Of a stretch of DNA of 64,000 nucleotides, positions 55,981 to 64,000 are shown piece after piece. Numbering within the stretch: the stretch's first letter is position 1; each line of letters starts with the position of its first letter. Source of the DNA: Thermoanaerobaculia bacterium (GTDB lineage: Bacteria; Acidobacteriota; Thermoanaerobaculia; Multivoradales; SZUA-115); contig DASUEU010000058.1 of assembly GCA_036274895.1 (NCBI GenBank), positions 84,885 through 148,884 on the forward strand. The letters are read 5' to 3'. The translations under genes and the position numbers were made by a program. Under the pieces are notes generated by a model, which saw only the letters and a list, made by a program, of their open reading frames with translations, was not told the origin of the DNA and searched no databases.

Positions 55981-57570
55981 CTACCTCTCGTCCGGCGGCG
56001 GCGGGGCCGCCGGGGTCTGGACGTCGGTCCAGACGTCCGGGTCATTGCGCGTGCCGACCAGGTTGCGGTCGTCGGCCCACTGGATCACGGCGCCGTCGGC
56101 CGTCACCACCGACTGGTCGTAGTCGCCGTGGTAGCAGGTGGCGAGGTTGGGATCGAGGCGGATCGGGCTGTTGACGTCGGTGATGCGCACGTTCGGCCCC
56201 CAGGTCAGGCCGCCGTCGTTCGAGGTGCGCTTGAAGTAATCGACGCGGACGTTCTGGGCGTGGTTGCGCCGGTCGTACCAGGCAGTGACGATGGTCGTGC
56301 CATTCGACTGGATGGTGGGGAAGAACTGGTCCTCGGCGTTGACGTCGTTGAGCTTGAATTCCGCGCTCCAGGTCGAGCCGCTGTTGGTCGAGCGCTTGTA
56401 GTAGACGTTGACCACGTCGCCGTTGTTGAAGGCGTTCGGGTCGCGGCTGTAGACCACGTGGAGGGTGCCGGCGCTGTCCACCGTGATCTGCGGCGAGGCC
56501 AGGTAGCGAATGTTGCCCTTCAAGGCCGGCCGGCCGCAGGAGTTGGTGGCGGCGCTCTGCCGCGGGCTGACGGCATTGACCAGCGGGCTGGTGACCGCCG
56601 CGTAGGTCAGGCCGCCGTTGGTCGAGCGGGCGACCTCGACGGTGATGTTGCCGCTCGGGAAGCTGGCGTAGCGCAGCCAGGCCACGAACACGTCGCCATT
56701 CGGCGCCACCGCCGGCCAGGCACCCTGCACCAGGCCCGCGGCGCTGATGTTGGTGGCCGCCGACCAGGTCAGGCCGCCGTCCACCGAACGCGAGCCGCGG
56801 ATCGGCGTACCGGCCACGCCGAAGTCGGTCCACACCAGGTAGAGGTTGCCGTAGTTGGGGCTGGCCGGGTTGTTGTCGACCGCCAGCAGCTCCTTGTCGT
56901 CACTGCCGGTCGAGGGGGTCGAGATCTGGGTGAAGGTCTGGCAGTCGTCCGTCGAGCGCCACACCGCCAAGCCGCCCCCCGCGTCCAGGGTGGCCAGGTA
57001 GAAGTTGGCGTCCACCTGCCGCCAGACCACGCTGGGGTCGCCGAAGGAGTTGCCGCCCACGGCGCCGCGGTCGTTCCAGGAGACGCCGCCGGTGGTCGAG
57101 CGCGAGAAGCCGGTGAAGCCGCCGCCGCCGGTTGACCCGAAGAACTCCCACGAGTCGTTGAACGAGGAGCAATAGGTGCCGGTGTTGGGGTTGTAGGCGA
57201 TCGACGTCTCGCTCTGGGTGGTCGAGGTGCCGGTCTCCCCCGCCGAGTTGTTGACCTGCACGTCCACCGCCTCGATGGTGGCGAAGTCCGGATCGCCCTG
57301 CTTCTCGAGGGCCGGCACGTAGCGCTTGGCCAGCTCGGCCTCGCGCCCGCAGGACCACGCCAGGTTGAAGTACAGCCCGTCCATCCGCCCCACGGCCTCC
57401 TTGCTGTCGAGCAGGCGGCAGGACTCGGCCGGCGCCTGCCGGATGATCGTGCGCGGGGACGGGCGCGGCGCGGCGGCGGGCTCCTGGGCGAGCAGCGCAC
57501 TCGCCAGCGGACCTGCGGCGAGGGCGGCCAGGGCGAGGACAAGGGTGGAAGTCGGCTTCTTGCGCAGCAT
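55981..57570 (-). CDS. BNR/Asp-box repeat beta-propeller protein (sialidase-like)
   Basis: Starts MLRKKPTSTLVLALAALAAG at ATG 57570 with a GGAGG RBS. Repeated SxDxGxTW boxes are present (SVDGGLTWS, STNGGLTYA, STNSGSTWS, TSNDGGLTWG). Confidence 0.7.
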   Translation of the reverse strand: MLRKKPTSTLVLALAALAAGPLASALLAQEPAAAPRPSPRTIIRQAPAESCRLLDSKEAVGRMDGLYFNLAWSCGREAELAKRYVPALEKQGDPDFATIEAVDVQVNNSAGETGTSTTQSETSIAYNPNTGTYCSSFNDSWEFFGSTGGGGFTGFSRSTTGGVSWNDRGAVGGNSFGDPSVVWRQVDANFYLATLDAGGGLAVWRSTDDCQTFTQISTPSTGSDDKELLAVDNNPASPNYGNLYLVWTDFGVAGTPIRGSRSVDGGLTWSAATNISAAGLVQGAWPAVAPNGDVFVAWLRYASFPSGNITVEVARSTNGGLTYAAVTSPLVNAVSPRQSAATNSCGRPALKGNIRYLASPQITVDSAGTLHVVYSRDPNAFNNGDVVNVYYKRSTNSGSTWSAEFKLNDVNAEDQFFPTIQSNGTTIVTAWYDRRNHAQNVRVDYFKRTSNDGGLTWGPNVRITDVNSPIRLDPNLATCYHGDYDQSVVTADGAVIQWADDRNLVGTRNDPDVWTDVQTPAAPPPPDER

Positions 57571-57760
57571 TCCTACCTCCTTCGACAGATGCCGCCGGGT
57601 GGCGGCGGCGGTTCGACGAACCCTCGGCAGTCGAGGGGATCTCTCTTGGATAGCGAAAGCAACCCCCGCAAGAGATAGGAATAGCCAACTCACAACGTCA
57701 CGATCTGCAGAATGATCGCTAGACACAGAGTGCAGCCGTGGTCCCGAAATGGGGCAGCCG

Positions 57761-60700
57761 TTACGGCGCGGCGCGTGGCAGTTGGGAGAGGTCCAGCTCC
57801 AACGTCTGGTCAGCGTCGAGCGTGAGCACCTGCTCGTAGGCCGCGGCCATCCGCTCGCCCAAGGTGCTGAGGACCATTCGATACCGCCCCGGCTTGAGCC
57901 CCCGCAAAGCGAAGCGACCCTTCTCGTCGGTCATCGTGCTCGCGCGTCCTGCCTCGCCCTCGAGCGCGAGGTGCATCCGCTCGACGGGCGCCGTCCCCCA
58001 CAGCAGCTGGCCGGACAGCGACAGCCCCGGCGCGAGAGGCAGCGTCACCGACGCCTCGAGCGCCCCTTCGGCGAGCTCGACGGCGGCGGACCCGCTCAAG
58101 TTCTGGGCGCCCGGCACCGCCTGCACCTGGTACGAACCGGGAGCCAGGCCCTCGAGCCGGAAGCGGCCTCGAGCGTCGACGGCGGCCGAGGCCCGAGGGC
58201 CCTTCCCATCGAAAGCGGCGACCCGCAGCCCGACCGTTTCCGCGGGCTCGACACCGGTGACGGCCCCGACGATCGCCCCACCCCGGTCGAGCACCAGCTC
58301 CAGATCCTCCACCGCCTGGCCTCCCACCTCGACTGAGGTGGGGCCGGCCGGAGCCCGATAGCCCTCGCGCTGCGCCGCGATCACGTAGCGCCCCGGCGGC
58401 ACGCCGCCGATGCTGAACGAGCCCTCCCGGCCGCTCTGGATCATGGCCAGGAATGGCCCGCCGGCTTGCTCCTCCAACACCACGTTGGCACGGGGCACGG
58501 GGACCCCCTCGGCGTCGATCACCCGGCCTCGCACGGTCGCGCCCCGCCGCAGGGTAAAGTCGAGCCGGCCGCCGGTTTCGGTGACCTCCACCGACTTCTC
58601 GACCGACAGCCACCCCTCGGCGCCGGCGGCCAGCTGCTGATGGCCCGGAGCGATCCCCTCCAACCGATAGCGCCCCGCGCCGTCGACCCCCGTGCCACCA
58701 TCGCGGATCAGCTCTCCGGACAGCTCGCGGACCTGGCTGACCCACGCCCCCAGGACCGGCTGGCCGGCCTCGTCCAGCACCTGCCCCTCGAGCACGGCTC
58801 CTTTCGAGAGCACCAGGTCGAAGCCCTCGACCTTCGAACCGGCTGGCACCTCGATCGTGCGCGGGGAGGCCGGCAGGTAGCTGCGCGCGCTCGCCGCAAC
58901 GCGGTATGGACCCCCGGCCAGCTTCTTGACCTCGAACCGGCCCTCCTCGTCGGTGCGAGCCCGTGCCGCTCGCCACGGCCTCGACCGCCGCAGCTCCGGC
59001 GGCAGGGGCGAGACCGGATCGACCTCGACCTCTGCTCCAGCGATCGGCTCGCCGCCCGCCGCGACGACCCGGCCCAGCAGCCGTGCCGCCGGTTCCAGAA
59101 CCACTTCGAGAGGCGAGTCTGGAAGGGGCACTTCGACGTCCTCGGTGGTGGCGCTCAGGTAGTCATCGTGCTCGACCCATACCGAGATCCGCGCCCCGCT
59201 CGGCAGCTCCCCGAAACGGAAGCGACCCTCCTCGTCCGTGAAGCGGGGTAGTAAGGCCCGGATTGGCCGAGGCGTGCCTTGCGTGAGCCCGGGCAACCCT
59301 CGGCTCAGCCGGTAGCCGACCCTCGCCCCGGCGACGGGCAAGCCCGAGCGGTCTACGACCCGACCTGAGACGACGGCCTCCGGGCCCAGGCGCAGGGTAC
59401 CGAGGTCCAGGGGACCTCGGCCGGCATCGACCTCGCGATCCGCCTCGATGGCGGGGGCGAAGCCCTCAGCCCGGGCGATCACCTCGAGCCGCTGCGCCGG
59501 GGGCAGGGCCTCGACGCGGAAGCGGCCTTCCTCTGCGGAAACCACGGGCGCTCCTGGCTCAGTGCCCATCCGCAGCTCGCGCTCTTCGGCGCCGGACGGC
59601 CTGGCCGTCACGTAGACCTCCGCTCCGGCCACCGGTCGGCCTTCGGGATCCACAACCAGGCCGAAGCCGGCGCGTTGGGCGGTGAGCACCAGCCGTAGCC
59701 CGGTGACGGGCTCGCCGCTCTCGAGGCCCTCGACCACCAACGGCTTGCCCACGAACCCTGGAGCCGAGGCCGAAAGCAGCGGCCAGAAGCCAGGAGGCAC
59801 TCCCCTGATGTGGAATCGGCCGTCGGCGGTGGAGATGGCTCGGTGGGCCGTGAGCCGGCCCTCGGGGCCCAGGGTCACGATGGCTCCACGAACGGGCGCA
59901 CCTTTCTCGTCCACGACCTCCCCTGCAAGGGAAGCGGCCGGGCGGAGAGCCAGGATCAGCTCGCCCTCGGTCATCGGGGAAGCGGGCAGCACCCCCGGCG
60001 CGAATCCGGGCGCTGCCGCGCGCAGCTGCACCGATCCCACCGGGGCGCTCAGGCGGAAGCCTCCCCGCCGATCGCTGAGCACGTAGCCGGCGAGGATGCC
60101 TGCCCCCTCGAGCCAGACCACGGCCCCGGGCAGCGGTTCGTAGGGCTCGGCGACCATCACCCGGCCGGTGACCTCGGGGACGGGCTCGAGCGTCACTCGC
60201 CACGGAGTCGGGGGCGCCGGCGAAGGGCCGACCTCGGCGCGCCAGCCGTCTGGGGCCTGGAGTGAAAGGGCTGCCGCTCGGGCGGGGTCGAAGCGCAGGG
60301 CGAGCCGGCCGTCCCTGTCACTCGGTCCGGCGACCTTCACCCCCTCGAGCCGCGCCTCGACTCCCTCGACGGGTCGGCCTCGCGGCCCCACCAGCTCGAC
60401 GGTGCGCTCGACGCCGCCGGTCACGGTCCAGGAAGCGGCGTCGCAGCCGTCCGGAAGATCCTCCGCCCGCGGCGCGAGGCCGTCGGCAGCCACCACCAGG
60501 CGCCACCTCACCGCTTCCGCACAAGGCAGCTCGATCGAGCCGTCGCTGCCAGTTGTGCCGGAGATCTCGGCCGGCCTGGCCTCGCCGCGGGCTCGAGGCC
60601 AGGGAGAGCCGGGTCTGGGCTGGACTTCGGCGACCGGTTGGGCCAACCACCGGGCGCCGGAGAGGGCGCGGCCGGCTGCGTCCCGCAGCGTCAGGGGTCG

Positions 60701-61036
60701 CAGCCTCGCTCGCGGCAGCTCGAGGGGCGCGAGGAGGGTCTCCTCGACCAGAGGCACCAAGCGCAGCTCGACGGGAAGGTGCCCTCCGGCCCCGGCCACC
60801 AGCCGCCACAGGCCGGAGCCGGGGGCTTCGAGCTGGAAGCGGCCCTCACGGTCGGTGGTCGCCCGGGCCGCCGGCGCAGGCCGGCCCGCCTCGATCGCCG
60901 CGAGCGTCACCGTAGCCCCGGCCAGGGGCTCACCATCCGGCGCTACCACGGTGCCGGAGACGGAGATGGGTTGAGCGGACAGTGCGCCCGAGAGGAAGAG
61001 GAGGGCCAAGAACGACCGGCTGGCGATACCCGTCAT
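57761..61036 (-). CDS. giant secreted protein of tandem CarboxypepD_reg/prealbumin-like domains (paralog)
   Basis: 1091 aa with a signal peptide [23 protein letters not shown]. It has the same repeat architecture as 52468..55881. Confidence 0.65.
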   Translation of the reverse strand: MTGIASRSFLALLFLSGALSAQPISVSGTVVAPDGEPLAGATVTLAAIEAGRPAPAARATTDREGRFQLEAPGSGLWRLVAGAGGHLPVELRLVPLVEETLLAPLELPRARLRPLTLRDAAGRALSGARWLAQPVAEVQPRPGSPWPRARGEARPAEISGTTGSDGSIELPCAEAVRWRLVVAADGLAPRAEDLPDGCDAASWTVTGGVERTVELVGPRGRPVEGVEARLEGVKVAGPSDRDGRLALRFDPARAAALSLQAPDGWRAEVGPSPAPPTPWRVTLEPVPEVTGRVMVAEPYEPLPGAVVWLEGAGILAGYVLSDRRGGFRLSAPVGSVQLRAAAPGFAPGVLPASPMTEGELILALRPAASLAGEVVDEKGAPVRGAIVTLGPEGRLTAHRAISTADGRFHIRGVPPGFWPLLSASAPGFVGKPLVVEGLESGEPVTGLRLVLTAQRAGFGLVVDPEGRPVAGAEVYVTARPSGAEERELRMGTEPGAPVVSAEEGRFRVEALPPAQRLEVIARAEGFAPAIEADREVDAGRGPLDLGTLRLGPEAVVSGRVVDRSGLPVAGARVGYRLSRGLPGLTQGTPRPIRALLPRFTDEEGRFRFGELPSGARISVWVEHDDYLSATTEDVEVPLPDSPLEVVLEPAARLLGRVVAAGGEPIAGAEVEVDPVSPLPPELRRSRPWRAARARTDEEGRFEVKKLAGGPYRVAASARSYLPASPRTIEVPAGSKVEGFDLVLSKGAVLEGQVLDEAGQPVLGAWVSQVRELSGELIRDGGTGVDGAGRYRLEGIAPGHQQLAAGAEGWLSVEKSVEVTETGGRLDFTLRRGATVRGRVIDAEGVPVPRANVVLEEQAGGPFLAMIQSGREGSFSIGGVPPGRYVIAAQREGYRAPAGPTSVEVGGQAVEDLELVLDRGGAIVGAVTGVEPAETVGLRVAAFDGKGPRASAAVDARGRFRLEGLAPGSYQVQAVPGAQNLSGSAAVELAEGALEASVTLPLAPGLSLSGQLLWGTAPVERMHLALEGEAGRASTMTDEKGRFALRGLKPGRYRMVLSTLGERMAAAYEQVLTLDADQTLELDLSQLPRAAP

Positions 61037-61125
61037 GACGGCAGCCCCATTTGCGCTCCTCCTCGAATCTTGATCGAAGAGTGTACGAACCAGGTGACCG
61101 TTCGTCCAGCCCGGGGCTCGCCCGA

Positions 61126-62016
61126 CTACAAGATCTTCTTCCCCAAAGCCGACAGTACCAGCTCCACGGCCACGTTGGCGGTCAGGTTGCTCTGGTCGAG
61201 GATCGGGTTGATCTCCACCACGTCCATCGAGCAGAGCTTGCCGGAGTCCGCCAGGATCTCCATCAGCACGTGGGCCTCGCGGTAGGAGAGGCCGCCGGCG
61301 ACCGGGGTGCCGACGCCGGGTGCTTCGGTGGGGTCGAGCACGTCCATGTCCAGGCTGACGTGCAGGCGCGAGACGTGGGCGAGCTTGGACAGGGCCTCGT
61401 GGGCCACCTCGCCGATGCCCCGCTCGTCGACGTCCCTCATGGTGTAGGCGGTGACGCCGGCCTCGCGGATCAGCAGCCGTTCAGGGGGATCGAGGTCCCG
61501 CACGCCGAGGATCACCACGTCTCGGTCCGCCACCTTGGCCCCGGGCCGGCCGATGTCCACCAGCTCCTGGACGCCGCGGCCGGTCAGGGCCGCGAGCGGC
61601 ATGCCGTGGAGGTTGCCGGAGGGCGAGGTCTCGGCAGTGTTGAAGTCGCCGTGGGCGTCCACCCACAGCACCCCGACCGGACCCCGGCTGGCCGCGGCCG
61701 CCACCGTGCCCATGGCGATCGAGTGGTCACCGCCCAGGAAGACCGGCAGGCCCCCGTCATCGAGGCTGCGGCAGCCGAAGCGATAGATCGCCTCACAGGC
61801 CTCCACCACCGCCGGCAGGTAGGCCAGACCGCCTTCGGGAGGCAGGGTGTCGCGCAGGGCGACGGGCACGTCGCCGAAGTCCTTGACGGTGAGACCCATG
61901 GCCTTGAGGCGCTGGTTCAGCCCGGCGTAGCGCACCGCCGCCGGGCCCATGTCCACACCGCGCCGGGACTGGCCGAGGTCCAGCGGCACCCCGATCGTGC
62001 AAACCGTTTTTTCCAC
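61126..62016 (-). CDS. arginase/agmatinase-family ureohydrolase
   Basis: Mn-binding motifs [15 protein letters not shown] and SLDMDVLDP. Confidence 0.8.
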   Translation of the reverse strand: MEKTVCTIGVPLDLGQSRRGVDMGPAAVRYAGLNQRLKAMGLTVKDFGDVPVALRDTLPPEGGLAYLPAVVEACEAIYRFGCRSLDDGGLPVFLGGDHSIAMGTVAAAASRGPVGVLWVDAHGDFNTAETSPSGNLHGMPLAALTGRGVQELVDIGRPGAKVADRDVVILGVRDLDPPERLLIREAGVTAYTMRDVDERGIGEVAHEALSKLAHVSRLHVSLDMDVLDPTEAPGVGTPVAGGLSYREAHVLMEILADSGKLCSMDVVEINPILDQSNLTANVAVELVLSALGKKIL

Positions 62017-62067
62017 GCATTCCCCCGGAGCAAGGCTGTCGTTGTCGAGCCGGCAGTCTAGCAGGGC

Positions 62068-63201
62068 CTATCCCGTGCGCTCGATCAGCAGCAGGGTCAC
62101 GTCATCCTCGATCGAGCGTGCCCCGCGGTGGCGGTCGAGCTCGGCCAGCAGCCCGTCGAGCACCGCCGCGACCGGCAGCGACCGGCTGGCCTCGAAGACC
62201 TCCGCCACCCGCTCGAGGCCCAGCTCGGCGTCGGCGCCGTCGCGGGTCTCGAAGAGGCCGTCCGAGTAGAGCAGGATCCGCTCCCCGGGGGTCAGCTGGA
62301 CCTCCCGCGCCGGCCGCTCGAGGCCGGCCAAGGCCCGGCAGACGAAGGTGCCGGTGGAGCCCAGGCGCTGGACCCCGCCGTCCGAGCGCAGCCACAAGGC
62401 CGGCGGGTGGCCGGCGTTGACGTAGCGGACGCGGCCATCGGCTTCGAGCCGGGCGAAGACCAGGGTGACGAAGCGGGGGCCGCCCAAAAAGTCCGCCCCG
62501 GCGGCCAGCTCGGCCACCACCTCGGCCGGGTCCGGGTCCCGCCGGCGCGCGGCGTCCAAGGCGGAGCGCACCATGCCGGCCACCATCGCCGCCGAGACGC
62601 CGTGGCCGACCACGTCCGAGAGGCTGCAGAGCACCGAGCCCCGCAGGTCGACCAGAGCCTGGTAGAGGTCCCCCCCGAGCGCGTCACAGGGCCGGAAGCG
62701 CCCCTCGAGCCGCCAGCCGAAGGCGGCCAGGGGCTTCCTGGGCAGGAGGCTGCCCTGGAAGCGCCGCGCCTGCTCGAGGTCCGAGCGGGCCTGGCGCTCG
62801 AACTCCTCGTTGGCCCGGCGCGCAGCCTTGAGGCGCAGGCAGCGCTCCACCAGGGCGCGCAGCACCCGCCGCTCGAAGGGCTTGTAGAGGAAGTAGAAGG
62901 CGTTCTCCTCGAGGGCCCGGTAGAGGCTCTCGTCGCTCGCCCCCACCGAGCCGGTCATCAGGATCACGTCGGTGGCGGGCGACAGGCGCTGGATGTCGCG
63001 GGAGAGGCAGTAGCCGTCCCCGTCCGGGAGCTGAACGTCGACCAGGGCGACCTCGAAGGCGGAGCGCCCCAGCTGCGCCAGGGCCTCGGCCACGGTGCCC
63101 ACCCCGGCCACCGTGTAGAGGGGGGCGAGCACCCGTTCGAGGGCCCGGCGTAGGGTGGCATCGTCCTCCACCACCAGGATCGCGGCCGGCTCCGCGCTCA
63201 A
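62068..63201 (-). CDS. response regulator with PP2C-type (SpoIIE/RsbU-like) phosphatase output
   Basis: N-terminal REC domain (ILVVEDD..DVQLPDGDG..KPF) plus a PPM domain (GDLY.., SDVVGHG, YSDGL). Confidence 0.8.
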   Translation of the reverse strand: MSAEPAAILVVEDDATLRRALERVLAPLYTVAGVGTVAEALAQLGRSAFEVALVDVQLPDGDGYCLSRDIQRLSPATDVILMTGSVGASDESLYRALEENAFYFLYKPFERRVLRALVERCLRLKAARRANEEFERQARSDLEQARRFQGSLLPRKPLAAFGWRLEGRFRPCDALGGDLYQALVDLRGSVLCSLSDVVGHGVSAAMVAGMVRSALDAARRRDPDPAEVVAELAAGADFLGGPRFVTLVFARLEADGRVRYVNAGHPPALWLRSDGGVQRLGSTGTFVCRALAGLERPAREVQLTPGERILLYSDGLFETRDGADAELGLERVAEVFEASRSLPVAAVLDGLLAELDRHRGARSIEDDVTLLLIERTG

Positions 63202-64000
63202 GCGCTCTCCCCGCTGGCGCCGACCGGACCCGCCAGAGGCAGGCGGACCTCGGCCACGGTGCCCCGGCCCGGCGCGCTGTCGAGGTGGAGGGAACCACCG
63301 AGGTGCCAGGCCAGGGAACGGCAGATCGACAGCCCCAGCCCGCGACCTCCCGGCTTGGTCGAGAAGAACGGCTCCTGCACCTTGGCCAGCACCTCGGGGG
63401 CGATGCCCGGCCCGTCGTCGGCCACCAGCAGGGCGACGCCGTAGCCGTCGATCGGCGCCGTGGCCAGCGAGATCCGCCCCGGCCGGCTCTCGAAGGACTC
63501 GATGGCGTTGGTCACCAGGTTCCAGAGGATGCGCTCGAGATGGCTGCGGGAGGAGCGCACCACCGGCACCGTCTCGGCCAGGGCCAGCTCGAGGGCGATC
63601 GGCCGGGCTCCCACCTGGGCCTCGAGCAGGGGCAGCACCTCGGAGACCAGCTGGTTGACGTCGACCGGCCCCGCTCCCACCCGCCGCGAGGCCATGCGCA
63701 GCATGTTGGAGAAGATCCGCCGGGCCAGGGTGGCCTTGTCGAGGACGCCGGCGAGGTCCTCGGCCAGGCGGGTGGGCTCGGCGACGCCGGCCTGCACCTC
63801 CTCGCGCGCCTGCTCGGCCAGGAGGACGATCGAGGCCAGGGCGCCGTTGACGTCGTGGGCCACGGCGTGGGCGAGGGTGACCAGGCCGGCCTTGAGCTCG
63901 GCCTCGACGGCGCGGTCCTCGAGCCCGAGGTTCACCCGCACGTTGCGCAGGGCCACCTCGACGGCGGGCAGGAAGCGGGCCACCACCGAGGCGTCCCGGG
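63198..64000 (-). CDS. sensor histidine kinase, C-terminal part (N-terminus beyond window)
   Basis: HisKA H-box (LAHAVAHDVNGAL) and HATPase (DDGPGI, GGRGLGL). The reading frame remains open to the window edge, and it overlaps the downstream regulator by 4 nt. Confidence 0.7.
   Translation of the reverse strand, partial: RDASVVARFLPAVEVALRNVRVNLGLEDRAVEAELKAGLVTLAHAVAHDVNGALASIVLLAEQAREEVQAGVAEPTRLAEDLAGVLDKATLARRIFSNMLRMASRRVGAGPVDVNQLVSEVLPLLEAQVGARPIALELALAETVPVVRSSRSHLERILWNLVTNAIESFESRPGRISLATAPIDGYGVALLVADDGPGIAPEVLAKVQEPFFSTKPGGRGLGLSICRSLAWHLGGSLHLDSAPGRGTVAEVRLPLAGPVGASGESA

Noticed and set aside
61037-61125. Short palindrome acgaac..gttcgt between the giant protein start and the arginase gene
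   Set aside because: It is only 6-bp arms and is expected by chance.

Overview
This is a 64-kb window of very GC-rich (~70%) bacterial chromosome. The gene content points to an Acidobacteria-like organism: an ADOP-type duplicated MacB/FtsX permease, TonB-dependent receptors with CarboxypepD_reg domains, and giant CarboxypepD_reg repeat proteins. I can support about 45 protein-coding genes, and I find no rRNA, tRNA or CRISPR array. The six-frame track is dominated by spurious Pro/Arg/Gly-rich ORFs typical of high-GC DNA. I kept only ORFs with recognisable family motifs, sensible start/RBS context or paralog support.

Housekeeping and accessory genes, in window order:
- An AddA/AddB-like helicase-nuclease pair with an ATGA overlap.
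- An MFS transporter, mgtE, and an Rv1086-like Z-prenyl diphosphate synthase.
- A DASS symporter, the ADOP permease, a papain-like C1 protease followed by a small ORF sharing its N-terminal motif, and PaaN.
- Two tandem secreted paralogs with a duplicated conserved ~100-aa C-terminal domain, a GAF-GGDEF cyclase, and a chemotaxis-like module (CheA-like sensor kinase, CheY, CheX, MHYT).
- A Ser/Thr kinase, secreted protein and Tat-amidase chain linked by ATGA start/stop overlaps, then tam.
- A second pair of tandem secreted paralogs, a CarboxypepD_reg TonB receptor, arsR-arsM and a beta-helix protein.
- An IS200/RAYT-like HUH transposase.
- An ACP-KS-CLF-flavin halogenase-carotenoid-cleavage-oxygenase operon.
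- Two giant CarboxypepD_reg repeat proteins flanking a BNR propeller protein, an arginase, and a REC-PP2C plus histidine kinase pair.

The most unusual locus is a ~3-kb low-GC (~52%) island at 8.5-11.6 kb. It carries a protein with a C-terminal HEPN-type R-x4-H motif and two multi-pass membrane proteins. It contains a perfect 34-bp inverted repeat and is bounded by a degenerate IS91-family transposase fragment. I read it as a candidate horizontally acquired defense or toxin module.

The second unusual signal is a 17-bp motif, GGTGCCAGCCGAsTTGG. It recurs at least 10 times in both orientations. It occurs inside unrelated genes, always in the frame that reads ..N/K-S/A-A-G-T.., and in intergenic DNA. 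Two intergenic occurrences are tandem pairs at convergent gene ends. This looks like a genome-wide iterated DNA signal of unknown function.
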